Source of the DNA: an uncultured Pseudobdellovibrionaceae bacterium
GTDB lineage: Bacteria; Bdellovibrionota; Bdellovibrionia; Bdellovibrionales; UBA1609
Direction: 5' to 3'
DNA length: 64,000 bases
NCBI GenBank assembly: GCA_964453895.1
Contig: CAYVRZ010000001.1
Location: 124,170-188,169, forward strand
Below are positions 1 to 9,280 of this stretch, one piece after another; within the stretch, counting starts at the first letter, position 1, and the number at the start of each line of letters is the position of its first letter. The position numbers were made by a program, and so were the translations under genes. The notes beneath the pieces are model-generated. The model saw nothing but the letters and a program-made list of their open reading frames with translations. It was not told where the DNA came from and made no database searches.

Positions 1-89
1 AGGGTCACTTTCACGGCGTTGGCCAAGATGTTCACACCGCGCAGGATCGAGTTGCGGGCGTCTTCGCTAAATCGTAATTCTTTGCTCAT
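1..89 (-). CDS. groL: Chaperonin GroEL, N-terminal fragment (gene continues beyond window start)
   Basis: Reverse-strand translation from ATG at 89: [30 protein letters not shown], a canonical GroEL N-terminus. Lies directly downstream of groES on the same strand. Confidence 0.85.
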   Translation of the reverse strand, partial: MSKELRFSEDARNSILRGVNILANAVKVT

Positions 90-143
90 TTTAATTTCTC
101 CATTGAAAATTGCGAGATCGCCGGTGGGCGACCTCGAAAAAAA

Positions 144-446
144 TTAGTTCATAATCCCGAGGATTTCTTCTTCTTTCATCATCAAGAACTCATCGCCATT
201 CAGCTTGAGCTCTGTGCCCGAATATTTGCCAAAGAGAACTTTGTCGCCGACCTTAACGTCGAGCGGGGTCACTTTGCCATCTTCGGTGATGCGGCCTTTA
301 CCTGTGGCCACGATTTCCCCACGTTGGGGTTTTTCTTTTGCGGTCTCGGGAATGATGATTCCACCAGCGGTCTTCATTTCTTCCGGCATCCGGCGAACAA
401 GAACGCGATCGTGCAGAGGACGAACTCCAATCTCTGCTTTACCCAT
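144..446 (-). CDS. groS: Co-chaperonin GroES (10 kDa)
   Basis: 100 aa; typical GroES sequence ([11 protein letters not shown]...[13 protein letters not shown]...). Strong SD AGGAGG upstream of the start at 446. Confidence 0.95.
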   Translation of the reverse strand: MGKAEIGVRPLHDRVLVRRMPEEMKTAGGIIIPETAKEKPQRGEIVATGKGRITEDGKVTPLDVKVGDKVLFGKYSGTELKLNGDEFLMMKEEEILGIMN

Positions 447-505
447 ATTTTACCTCCTAAGGATAAATGAACATAAAACCAATAAGTTGTGTCTTTAACA
501 CAGCC

Positions 506-535
506 AAATATGGACGGCGGATGGAGGTAGTCAAG
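506..535 (-). promoter_or_regulatory. Putative sigma-32-type heat-shock promoter upstream of groES (-35 CTTGAC, -10 CCATATTT on minus strand); no CIRCE element found
   Basis: Minus-strand read: CTTGAC-N16-CCATATTT about 60 nt upstream of the groES ATG, resembling the sigma32 consensus CTTGAA...CCCCATNT. Searched for CIRCE (TTAGCACTC-N9-GAGTGCTAA) and found none. Confidence 0.3.
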
Positions 536-552
536 GTTATGGGTGAAATAAA

Positions 553-1065
553 TTAGTTGGAGGGAGTGAGACCGCTGATCACCGGCGGATTGCGCTTAGT
601 GTCAATTCGCGAGTTCTTAGTCAGGAGCACTTTTAAGATGTCGCCGAGCTCTTCTTTAGAGAGCCGTTCGAACAATCTTTGTAGGGCTTCGGGCTGGGCC
701 TCTAGGGTCGGTAAATAAATATTCACATAGTCAGTGAGCTCTAAACTATTGGCCGCCTCGAGGCTTTCTTTGGCCCGGCGAAGGTCTTTTTCGGCCAAAG
801 ACATGGGGTCGCCATCGGTGGTCTTAACCCGAGCCGAGGGCAGGTTGGTTTGCGTGGACTCTTTGACATTGGCCGCGCCCGGCTTGATGGCGCGAAGCTG
901 GGAAATTCGGGCTGAAATTTTAAACATTTGATTAGTGGCATCGGTGACCTGCGTTTCTTTCCAAGTGAAAAAAGTGTGCGGCTGAAGAGCGGACGGTTGA
1001 GCCTGGGCCGCGATACCGAAGAGCAAGAAAATCAGCATAAGAATGTTGCGAAGTGAGCCGTACAT
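553..1065 (-). CDS. Hypothetical secreted protein (signal peptide)
   Basis: ORF 553..1194; internal Met at 1065 gives MYGSLRNILMLIFLLFGIAAQAQP, a signal-peptide-like N-terminus, with GGAAAGG 13 nt upstream. No recognisable domain. Confidence 0.45.
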   Translation of the reverse strand: MYGSLRNILMLIFLLFGIAAQAQPSALQPHTFFTWKETQVTDATNQMFKISARISQLRAIKPGAANVKESTQTNLPSARVKTTDGDPMSLAEKDLRRAKESLEAANSLELTDYVNIYLPTLEAQPEALQRLFERLSKEELGDILKVLLTKNSRIDTKRNPPVISGLTPSN

Positions 1066-1223
1066 AGCTTGTTCAGACCTTTCCGCGTCGAGCCGCCGCG
1101 ATTCACCACTCCAAGGAATATGCCACCCCCGGGCTGTGGATAAAGCTGAGTAGAGCTGTGGAAAGGGCTCAATTTCGTCGCCACGGCCTTGCAAATTTTT
1201 CCAAGCCCCCTTAGGTTGTCGGG

Positions 1224-2378
1224 ATGCTTACAGCCGTGATTATGGGTCTCGTTATATTGTTGCTCTTGTCTTTGTCTGGATACCTTTGGGTGGCGCGCGA
1301 GCACGCGCTTCGCGATTTGGCGGCCGCGCGGGCCGAGGCCGCGGCCCTCAAAGAATTTCAAGATAGCCGCGAGAAGATGCAAGAAACCTTTAAGGGCCTA
1401 GCATCCACGGCCTTTGAATCCAGCATGGGCCAATTTTTTAATTTAGCTCAGTCCACGTTCAACCCCATGAATGAGGCCCTGAACCAGTATCAACAGCAGC
1501 TGAGTCTGCTCGAGAAGGATCGAGCCCGCTCCTTTCAAGCGATCGACACTGAACTTAAGCGCGTGACCGAGGCGCAGCTCAATCTAAGCAAGGAAACCGG
1601 CGCGCTTAAAGATGCTTTGAAGCGTCCGCATGTTCGTGGGCGTTGGGGTGAGGTGCAACTGCGCAATTGCATCGAGCTCGCGGGGATGTCGGAGCACTCC
1701 GACGTCAGCTTTCAAGAGTTCACCACCGACGATGAGGGCGCGCGCCACATTCCGGATATGATCGTGCGCATGCCGGGTGGTCGGCGCGTGATTGTGGATG
1801 CGAAAACACCCATCGACGCTTTTTTAAATTCTTTGGAGGCGCCGACCGAAGAAATCCGCCGCACAGAAATGGCCCGGCACGGACGGCACGTTAAGGAGCA
1901 TGTTAAAAAGCTCTCGGCCCGCGCTTATGCCGATGTGGTCAAAGAGAGCGCCGACTTCACCGTCTTGTTTTTGCCCAACGAAAGTTTTCTTTACGCCGCT
2001 CTCGAAGCTGAGCCAGACATCGTTGAATTCGCGTTGCAAAAGAAAGTTTTAATCACAACTCCGCCCACCTTGATTGGTTTGCTGAAAGTGATTCGCTATG
2101 GCTGGAACGAGCAAAAGTTGGCCGAGAACGCGATGAAAATTTCTGAAGCCGGCAATGAACTGCATAAGCGACTGGTCGACTTTATTGACAGCTTTATGAA
2201 TGTGGGCAAGCACCTCGACAAAGCTCGCGCTGAATTTGAAAAGGGCCGTTCGCGCCTTGAGAGCCGCGTGTTGGTTCAGGCCCGCCGCTTTGAATCGTTG
2301 GGCGCCAAGTCGGGCAAGACTTTACTCGAAGGTTCGGGCGCTGCAACTGAGGACACGCCGACTTCGCTCGACAATTAA
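1224..2378 (+). CDS. rmuC: DNA recombination protein RmuC
   Basis: 384 aa; N-terminal TM segment and coiled coil; C-terminal RmuC motifs (HVRGRWGEVQLRNCIELAGM, RRVIVDAKTPIDAF). Confidence 0.85.
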   Translation: MLTAVIMGLVILLLLSLSGYLWVAREHALRDLAAARAEAAALKEFQDSREKMQETFKGLASTAFESSMGQFFNLAQSTFNPMNEALNQYQQQLSLLEKDRARSFQAIDTELKRVTEAQLNLSKETGALKDALKRPHVRGRWGEVQLRNCIELAGMSEHSDVSFQEFTTDDEGARHIPDMIVRMPGGRRVIVDAKTPIDAFLNSLEAPTEEIRRTEMARHGRHVKEHVKKLSARAYADVVKESADFTVLFLPNESFLYAALEAEPDIVEFALQKKVLITTPPTLIGLLKVIRYGWNEQKLAENAMKISEAGNELHKRLVDFIDSFMNVGKHLDKARAEFEKGRSRLESRVLVQARRFESLGAKSGKTLLEGSGAATEDTPTSLDN

Positions 2379-3193
2379 AATTTTAAATCCAGTTTTTGCG
2401 CCGCCCGCATCCGCGCTTCATATTCGGCACGCGGAACGTAGCGCGCGCCCCATTTGAGGGCGAGCCCGAGCGCCATCTGCGTGTCGATGTAAGCATGGCC
2501 CGATTTGCGTAGGTGTTCGATCAATGCATAGAGAGCCAATTTAGTGGCGTTAGGTTCATGAAAGAACATGCTCTCACCGGTAAAGACCCCGTTCACAAAT
2601 ACTCCATACAGCCCCGCGACCAATTTGTCGCCGCGCCAGACCTCCACGCTATGAGCGTAACCTAGCGCATGGAGTATATAGTACGCCCGCTTGAACTCGG
2701 GCGAGATCCACGCGCCGTCTGGAATTTTGATTCCAGTAAAAGGGTCGTTGCGAAAGCGAGGAACGGCGGCGCACTCATCCATTACTTTTTTAAAATCTTC
2801 GTTGAACGACACGCGCAGCTCGCCGGCGTCTAGAGCCTGTCGTATATACTTGCGGTCGCTGCGCCCGATGTCGACTTTGTCGAGCTCAAGAATTCCCCGT
2901 TGCGGGGGGCGGTGCCAGCGGCCGAGGCCCTGGGCATTCACGCCCCACGGAAAAATCCCTTGGCTATAGGCCTGCAACAAAGCATTGAGCGAAAGCGGTA
3001 CATTCTCGGTCACAAGGCCGTTGCGAAGATCGTCGGGTCGGCGATTGAACTCCGAGTACAACAATTGTTCGCAGGGCCCAATCGAACTCACGAGGGTCTC
3101 ATGGGCGAAGAGAGCATGCGGAGTGGAAAGCAGCAAAAGGGCGAAGATTAGGGGGGTCGTCATGGGGTGGCTTTGTAGTCGGATTCGCCGCAA
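2375..3193 (-). CDS. aat: Leucyl/phenylalanyl-tRNA--protein transferase (Aat); true start probably internal
   Basis: GIFPWGV...W.SP...HSVEVWRGDKLVAGLYGV..G.VFTGESMF match the L/F-transferase family. The ORF has about 55 extra N-terminal residues with a hydrophobic stretch, so the real start is likely downstream of 3193. Confidence 0.8.
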   Translation of the reverse strand: MRRIRLQSHPMTTPLIFALLLLSTPHALFAHETLVSSIGPCEQLLYSEFNRRPDDLRNGLVTENVPLSLNALLQAYSQGIFPWGVNAQGLGRWHRPPQRGILELDKVDIGRSDRKYIRQALDAGELRVSFNEDFKKVMDECAAVPRFRNDPFTGIKIPDGAWISPEFKRAYYILHALGYAHSVEVWRGDKLVAGLYGVFVNGVFTGESMFFHEPNATKLALYALIEHLRKSGHAYIDTQMALGLALKWGARYVPRAEYEARMRAAQKLDLKF

Positions 3194-3468
3194 AAGCCCA
3201 TTCTATTGAGCTTCGCGAATTTCGATTTGCGACCGTCAACAGAAATTTGCAAACGTCAGCCCACTGACGATACTGAAAATATTTACCCAGTGCCAATCTG
3301 ATTTGGCCGCTAAATACATTGAGTGGGGTCCATGCGGGAACGGCTTTTGCCTATAGGATTAGTTCTCCGGAGGAAGCGATGGCTCTGACTTTAAAAATTA
3401 CGGCGTTCGTTACGATATGCGCGGCGCTGTCGTATGCGGCTGGTTCCTACATGGCACTGGCGGGCGTC

Positions 3469-3990
3469 TTACTGCCGTAACTCTTCATCCAAATTCGATA
3501 GCAAATCTTCGATCTTTTCTCGCGCCGGCTTTTGCACGGTGACCCCGGCTTCTCGAAACAACTCTTCAGTCGAAACTTTTTCGCCGCGACCTTTTAAGAA
3601 CCGGCCCTTAATAATGGCTGAAGCATACACGTCTTCGCCAACCATAAATTTTTGCCGCAAAAAGAAATAGCGCTCATCCCAACCAATCAAATGCGTTTGT
3701 ATATAAAATTTTTGAAAAAGGTTGAGCGATTTGCGAAAACGAATCGCCTCAGAAACCACGACGGGATAAATTCCCCTCTTGCGAATTTTGCTCCAGCTTC
3801 CCGATCGCGCCAGCAGGTCGATGCGCCCGAGATCGAGCAAAGACAAATAAACCCCGTTGTTCATATGCATCAACATGTCGAGGTCCGTGGGCCAAACGCG
3901 CATGTATAGCTTGGACGGCAAAGTCATTTCAGTGCGCGCCCGAAATGGGGCGGTGAGCAGCAACCAAGCGAAGCGAAAAAGGTGGTTCAC
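3469..3990 (-). CDS. Hotdog-fold acyl-CoA thioesterase-like protein
   Basis: 173 aa; WPTDLDMLMHMNNGVYLSLLDLGR resembles the 4HBT/thioesterase-like superfamily. Family-level guess only. Confidence 0.45.
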   Translation of the reverse strand: MNHLFRFAWLLLTAPFRARTEMTLPSKLYMRVWPTDLDMLMHMNNGVYLSLLDLGRIDLLARSGSWSKIRKRGIYPVVVSEAIRFRKSLNLFQKFYIQTHLIGWDERYFFLRQKFMVGEDVYASAIIKGRFLKGRGEKVSTEELFREAGVTVQKPAREKIEDLLSNLDEELRQ

Positions 3991-4042
3991 TTTAATCTCC
4001 CGTGCGAGTAATTATATTCGGGCATTTGCCAGGGGGAGACAA

Positions 4043-5266
4043 GTGAAGGCCGACGATCGCAGAGTCTTTTTGACCGTTCTGATTTCGGCTTTGGGATACT
4101 TCGTCGACATTTATGACCTCCTACTCTTCGGCATCGTTCGCGTCCCATCGCTGCGGGACTTAGGCGTGCCCGAAGACCAAATGCTCTCTGTGGGAATGCA
4201 CTTACTCAATATGCAAATGGCCGGCATGCTGATCGGCGGAATTATCTGGGGCGTGTTGGGCGATTTGCGCGGGCGTAAGAGCGTGCTGTTCGGCTCCATT
4301 TTACTTTACTCACTCGCCAACATTGCCAACGCTTTCGTGCCCAATCCAGAGGTGTACGCCTGGCTTCGGCTGATCGCTGGGATTGGCTTGGCCGGAGAGT
4401 TGGGCGCGGCGATTTGTTTAGTTTCGGAAGTGATGTCGAAAGAATCTCGCGGCTATGGCACCACGATCGTAGCCAGCGTGGGAATTCTCGGCGCCGTGTT
4501 CGCATCTTTGATTGGCGATTATTTTAGTTGGAAGGTCGCCTATCTGGTTGGCGGCGGGATGGGGCTGGCGCTGCTCGCGCTGCGGGCGGGGATGATGGAG
4601 TCGGGCATGTTCGACTCGATGAAGAAAAAGAGCAAATTGGCGCGGGGTCACTTTCACCAATTGTTTACCGATCGCATTCGCTTTGGCCGCTACTTGTGCT
4701 GCATTTTGATCGGAGTACCGATTTGGTATGTGATCGGAATTTTGATCACCTTTGCACCTGAGCTATCGCGCGAGTTGGGAGTGATGGGAGTTATCACCGG
4801 CAGTAAGGCCATTATGTGGAGCTACATCGGTCTTTCGATCGGCGATTTGTCAGCGGGCCTCGCCAGCCAATACCTGCGGAGCCGTAAAAAATCAGTGCTG
4901 ATTTTTCTCACACTTATGGCGGCTTTGATCGTTGTCTATGTGAATCAGTCCGGCTGGGGTGAGTTTGGTTTTTACACTTTATGTGTCGGCCTTGGCTTTT
5001 CGGCCGGGTACTGGGCCGTTTTCGTAACCATCGCCGCCGAACAATTCGGCACCAATATCAGGGCGACGGTTGCGACCACTGTGCCCAACTTTGTGAGGGG
5101 TGCCGTGGTTCCAATCACCTTATCGTTTCGGTACCTTCAAGGTTACGTGGGCACGCTCACGGCAACATGGATCGTAGGGGCTGGGGTCATGGTTATCGCT
5201 CTTGTGGCCCTTTACTTCTTGCGAGAAACTTACGGCCGAAATCTAGATTATTTCGAAACTATTTAG
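4043..5266 (+). CDS. MFS transporter
   Basis: About 12 predicted TM segments; MFS-type loop motifs (GDLRGRKSVL, GYGTTIV). Listed ORF starts at 3857 and overlaps the thioesterase gene. GTG at 4043 preceded by AGGGGGAG is the likely start. Confidence 0.8.
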   Translation: MKADDRRVFLTVLISALGYFVDIYDLLLFGIVRVPSLRDLGVPEDQMLSVGMHLLNMQMAGMLIGGIIWGVLGDLRGRKSVLFGSILLYSLANIANAFVPNPEVYAWLRLIAGIGLAGELGAAICLVSEVMSKESRGYGTTIVASVGILGAVFASLIGDYFSWKVAYLVGGGMGLALLALRAGMMESGMFDSMKKKSKLARGHFHQLFTDRIRFGRYLCCILIGVPIWYVIGILITFAPELSRELGVMGVITGSKAIMWSYIGLSIGDLSAGLASQYLRSRKKSVLIFLTLMAALIVVYVNQSGWGEFGFYTLCVGLGFSAGYWAVFVTIAAEQFGTNIRATVATTVPNFVRGAVVPITLSFRYLQGYVGTLTATWIVGAGVMVIALVALYFLRETYGRNLDYFETI

Positions 5267-5326
5267 GGCCCTGCTTTTGCTATATATAGGTTCATATCTA
5301 TAGGATTGAAATTAGCGAGGTTTTGC

Positions 5327-5854
5327 ATGAAATTCGGGCGCATTTTTGTCACCGTAACTATGGTTTTGGCCACTTTAGGCACTGTCGCCTGCAGCCAGGG
5401 CGAGAAGAAGGCCAAAGAGAAAAAGGCGGCTCGGCAGGCGCAAAACAAGGCTTTAATCGCCGAGGGCACTGAGCTTCTGGCGCAGTATACCGCCCTTCGC
5501 ACCGAACTCGACAACGATTACAAAATCATTGTCGCCGATCAGCGGGTGAAATTGGCTCCCCACATTTATGCCGACCACAGAACTCTCGGCAAAGAGTACA
5601 ACTGGGTGCGCTTGTCGTTGGCCCAACGGCAAACGGCCAAAGAGCGCTTAGCCTCTATGATAACCGTATTAACTCGGATCATTGAGATCGATACCAAGCG
5701 TGGTGTTTATGTAGACCACCTACAAATGATTTTGGACCGCAAGACCGCGGCCGAATCGTTTCAGATTTCGTTGGGTAACTTTGAAAAATTGCGCGGCGAA
5801 ATGTTTGACGACCCGGCTCCTGCAAATAGCCCGGTCTACCGAAATATGCCTTAA
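5327..5854 (+). CDS. Hypothetical lipoprotein
   Basis: ATG at 5327 with GAGG upstream; MKFGRIFVTVTMVLATLGTVAC looks like a signal peptide with a Cys lipobox; Lys-rich region after the Cys. Confidence 0.5.
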   Translation: MKFGRIFVTVTMVLATLGTVACSQGEKKAKEKKAARQAQNKALIAEGTELLAQYTALRTELDNDYKIIVADQRVKLAPHIYADHRTLGKEYNWVRLSLAQRQTAKERLASMITVLTRIIEIDTKRGVYVDHLQMILDRKTAAESFQISLGNFEKLRGEMFDDPAPANSPVYRNMP

Positions 5855-6225
5855 AACGGTTTGTATAATGCGAGGTAGGCGGCCAGGCCGCCGACAAAAA
5901 CCCACAGCAAAATTAATTTAGTTCCGTGGGCGGCCTTTTTGCGGGCCAGCACCATACTGCCGCCGAGAAAAAGCCAAATCGCAAGCTTCGCATAAACCCA
6001 TCCCGGCAGTCCGCCGTGGACAATCCCGAGACGCGCTAGCATTCCGAATCCGCCGACCAATAGAAAGGTCATGCCCACGCCATGAATAATGGCCAACGCC
6101 TTTTTGGCCGAGGGGTGCCGTTGAAGGGGGCCCATACTGTAAATGCCGACTAGGGCGGCCAGGCCCGAGAACACGCACAATAAGCCCACCAGATGCATAA
6201 TCTTATAAATTTGATAGGAGATCAT
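5851..6225 (-). CDS. Hypothetical inner-membrane protein (4 TM)
   Basis: 124 aa, four hydrophobic helices, no catalytic motif. Confidence 0.5.
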   Translation of the reverse strand: MISYQIYKIMHLVGLLCVFSGLAALVGIYSMGPLQRHPSAKKALAIIHGVGMTFLLVGGFGMLARLGIVHGGLPGWVYAKLAIWLFLGGSMVLARKKAAHGTKLILLWVFVGGLAAYLALYKPF

Positions 6226-6267
6226 ATGGGGCTGAATCTAAATGACCTGGGCGGCCCCTGGCAACGC

Positions 6268-7035
6268 TTAGTCGCCGAATTGCGCGCGGCGGGTGCAGGC
6301 GTGAAGCGCCGCCTTTTGCTTGGGCAGGTTTTGTTTTAACAGCGCCATGTGGCGCTCTAGGTCGGCGAGCTGCGCTTCTTTTTCGCGCCGCTCAGCAAGG
6401 GACCGCGCGACCGCATTTTGGGTGTCGACAATGCGGCGTCGATTCGCAGCGAATGCCTCTGGGCCGCCGCCGACGGATTCATTTAAATTCATATGAAAGA
6501 GGCGGACCTTTTCGATCGCCATGTCTAGCGATTGCACCGGCTCGCCGCCATTCAGAGTTCGCCAATTGCGCGCCGTTCGCTCCAGCGCACGAATCACTTG
6601 CACCAAGGTCTGAATATCGCTGACCGCCTCACTGTCGAGCGAATTTTTGTGCGCTTGCAGGACCTGATTTATGGCCACGGCCGTGGAGGCATGCTCAGGC
6701 AATTGCGAAAACATAATTAACCGAGGAAGCGCGGCGGCCAAGCGGTCGACTTGCGCCCGGCTGGTGGTCAACAATTGCAACAATTCGGTTTCTTGTAATA
6801 GCGATTGGCTCGTACTCAGCATGCGGGCTTCAGCGTCTTTGACATTGATGATTAAAATCGATTCACGATTTTCTTGCTCAGTGTTGAGAAGCGATTTGAG
6901 TTCCATAATCTGCACGGTGGTGGCCGCGATTAAATCATTTGCGGATTCATACACCCGCTTCTCTGCGGCGCATGGCTCAATGGCTTGTACGGTGTTACCC
7001 AACCCCAAAAGGGCAAAGACTAAAAATACCCGCAT
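6268..7035 (-). CDS. Hypothetical secreted coiled-coil protein
   Basis: ATG at 7035 with GGGAG upstream; MRVFLVFALLGLGNTVQA signal peptide; remainder Gln/Leu/Glu-rich helical. Confidence 0.5.
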   Translation of the reverse strand: MRVFLVFALLGLGNTVQAIEPCAAEKRVYESANDLIAATTVQIMELKSLLNTEQENRESILIINVKDAEARMLSTSQSLLQETELLQLLTTSRAQVDRLAAALPRLIMFSQLPEHASTAVAINQVLQAHKNSLDSEAVSDIQTLVQVIRALERTARNWRTLNGGEPVQSLDMAIEKVRLFHMNLNESVGGGPEAFAANRRRIVDTQNAVARSLAERREKEAQLADLERHMALLKQNLPKQKAALHACTRRAQFGD

Positions 7036-7206
7036 TTTGAAAACTCCCAACTGGGATCAGAGCTAGAGCAAGTTGAAGGCCACCGTGATTCGGCCTTGGT
7101 TTTGAGGGCACTGTATAGGTCTTAAAAACGCTGACAATTTTGCGCCCGCACTCGACCAACAGCTGGTCTAGGCCTCAACCCTGAGTCCATATATTCCGAT
7201 AGGTCG

Positions 7207-7923
7207 GTGATGAGTCCTGTTCTGTTGGTCGAAGACAGCATTGTAACGCAATCGATAGTTAAAGCGGCGCTGAAAGACGTTTGCGATCTAACTGCCGTGG
7301 ACACGGTTGCATCGGCCATGGAAACGGTTCGCGCCAATCATTTTGATTTGATTCTGCTCGATATCAATCTTCCCGACGGTGATGGCTTTCAAGTTTACAG
7401 CATGATTCGCGAGATCGAGCGCTACAAGCTGACGCCAATTCTATTTTTAACGGCACGGGTGGATCTCGAAGACAAAGTGCGTGGGTTCGCGCTTGGCGCC
7501 GATGATTACATTGTGAAGCCTTTCGATTTGGTCGAACTTAAAATGCGAATTTCTTCTAAGCTCAAAAATCTAAAGGCGCGCAAGTCGGCCTCGGAGTTGG
7601 TGTTTGGCCCGTTTGAAGTGAGTGTGGCGGCGCAAAAGGTGACCTTTCACGATCCTACAGGCGAGGCGCGCAAACTCGAACTGACATCATCGCAGTTCAA
7701 ACTTCTGTTTCATTTTTTGCGCAATGAGAACAAAACCATCACGCGCGAAGAAATCCTTAAAGAAGTTTGGGGCGCAGAGATCAATGTCTCTGACCGTACG
7801 GTCGACACGCACATCTACGCCATTCGTCAACAGCTTAAGACTCACAAAAAAATGATCCACTCGGTGCACGGCCAGGGCTATCGCTTCTCTTTAAAGGGCG
7901 CGCCCAAAAAATCCGCCGCCTAG
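7207..7923 (+). CDS. OmpR-family two-component response regulator (orphan, no adjacent histidine kinase)
   Basis: Receiver domain (LVEDS..., LILLDINLPDGDG, KP) plus winged-helix output domain (TSSQFKLLFHFLRNENKTITREEILKEVWG...GYRF). Confidence 0.9.
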   Translation: MMSPVLLVEDSIVTQSIVKAALKDVCDLTAVDTVASAMETVRANHFDLILLDINLPDGDGFQVYSMIREIERYKLTPILFLTARVDLEDKVRGFALGADDYIVKPFDLVELKMRISSKLKNLKARKSASELVFGPFEVSVAAQKVTFHDPTGEARKLELTSSQFKLLFHFLRNENKTITREEILKEVWGAEINVSDRTVDTHIYAIRQQLKTHKKMIHSVHGQGYRFSLKGAPKKSAA

Positions 7924-8561
7924 ATCTGTGCTAACGCTCGAACCTCTGTAAGAGGCCGATCGAACATTTCATGCAGTCTCAATCCCAATAGAAACTTAGA
8001 TTTTTTTCCACGCTGATAGCCTTCCGACACTCGCCCAATCGCATCCGCGGCGCTCATTGGGTCTTTGCGTAGAAGATTGAGCAAGCCTCCAGAAATAATT
8101 AAGGCCCCAAACGGGCTGCGCAATTGCGCGACGTTAAAGGCCTGCAGGGCGAGTTCGTCGGCGATGTCGGTATTGTAGTTTAATAAAACGTGCCAAAGAT
8201 CGTGGTCTAAGTACATTCGCTGGCTCACATATTCGATCGGCAGGTGAACGTCCTCATCGGGGAACAGTTCAAAGTCGATATTGTTCTTTTTCATGTGATC
8301 GTGGACAGCGCGCCCGAAGGTACCTTCAGGCAGGCGGCCCAAGTCAGCGAGCTGAGGTTTTAGAGGCATATATCCACTGTTAAACATTTCTCTAAATGTG
8401 GGGTCGGCCTTTGCCCCATCAACAATGACCTTCGTGGGTCCTTGATCCTTAGACTTGGCGAGAAGCCGAATGGCCTCAAAAATCAGTTCGGTGCGCTCTG
8501 GATTGGCAACCAGTTTGAAAAATCCTCGAATAAGGAGCCAACGGATCCATAGTTCTTTCAT
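7920..8561 (-). CDS. Coq4-family protein (ubiquinone biosynthesis protein COQ4 homologue)
   Basis: 213 aa; HDLWH-x11-E (YLDHDLWHVLLNYNTDIADE) matches the Coq4 HDxxH-x(10-13)-E zinc-ligand motif. Confidence 0.55.
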   Translation of the reverse strand: MKELWIRWLLIRGFFKLVANPERTELIFEAIRLLAKSKDQGPTKVIVDGAKADPTFREMFNSGYMPLKPQLADLGRLPEGTFGRAVHDHMKKNNIDFELFPDEDVHLPIEYVSQRMYLDHDLWHVLLNYNTDIADELALQAFNVAQLRSPFGALIISGGLLNLLRKDPMSAADAIGRVSEGYQRGKKSKFLLGLRLHEMFDRPLTEVRALAQI

Positions 8562-8638
8562 AAACCACCTCGATTGTTGAAAACCAATTTAGCAAGTGAG
8601 ATACAAGGTGGCGACTCGCCTTCAATCGGGCGGGGCGA

Positions 8639-9280
8639 ATGCGAGTGGGTATGGACAAAGAACTGAATTTACAAAGAAAAATGCCGAAACAAAATCGGTC
8701 TAAAGCCCTGGTCGAGGCTATATACGAGGCCACGGTTCGCATTTTACCTAGCGTCGGCAGCGAACACCTAACCACAAAAAAGGTGGCTGAAATGGCGGGG
8801 GTGAGCATCGGCTCCCTCTACCAGTACTTTCCCAATAAAGATTCGATTCTTGATGCGGTGATGGACAAAGTGATCACGGCCCTCAACGCCGAAAGTGCGC
8901 GGGCGATCGATCAACTCTCCGGCCTGAATGTGGAGCAGTCGGTGGATATGATGATTAGCCACGTGCTCGATATTTTTCTCGCGGATAAATCGAAAATGCG
9001 CGAAATATTTCGCAAGGCCCCTGAGCTGCAAAAATTTCCGCTCTTGTTTAAATTGCGCCAACAAGCGGTCGAGAAATTAGCGGCTCACATGCGGGTGATG
9101 CATCCTGGATTGAGTGAAGAAGAGTACGTTCGGATCAACTTCGTAGCAGTGAACGCCGTCATGGGAATAATCACCACCGTTCTCTATGACGACTCGAATC
9201 GCTCAACTCGCGAAGAGTTGGAGCCCGAATTGAAGATGTTGGTTCAATCTTACCTGAGCCGTCGGCTGCCGCAAAAATGA
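8639..9280 (+). CDS. TetR/AcrR-family transcriptional regulator
   Basis: N-terminal TetR helix-turn-helix (LTTKKVAEMAGVSIGSLYQYFPNKDSIL); divergent from the Coq4-like gene. Confidence 0.85.
   Translation: MRVGMDKELNLQRKMPKQNRSKALVEAIYEATVRILPSVGSEHLTTKKVAEMAGVSIGSLYQYFPNKDSILDAVMDKVITALNAESARAIDQLSGLNVEQSVDMMISHVLDIFLADKSKMREIFRKAPELQKFPLLFKLRQQAVEKLAAHMRVMHPGLSEEEYVRINFVAVNAVMGIITTVLYDDSNRSTREELEPELKMLVQSYLSRRLPQK

Noticed and set aside
3377-3670. Plus-strand ORF with an apparent AGGAGG-like SD in the aat/thioesterase intergenic region (first read as a 33-aa membrane peptide)
   Set aside because: Careful re-reading shows the frame runs on for 98 codons as Arg/Ser-rich low-complexity sequence, antisense to the thioesterase-like gene. 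Most likely a shadow ORF.
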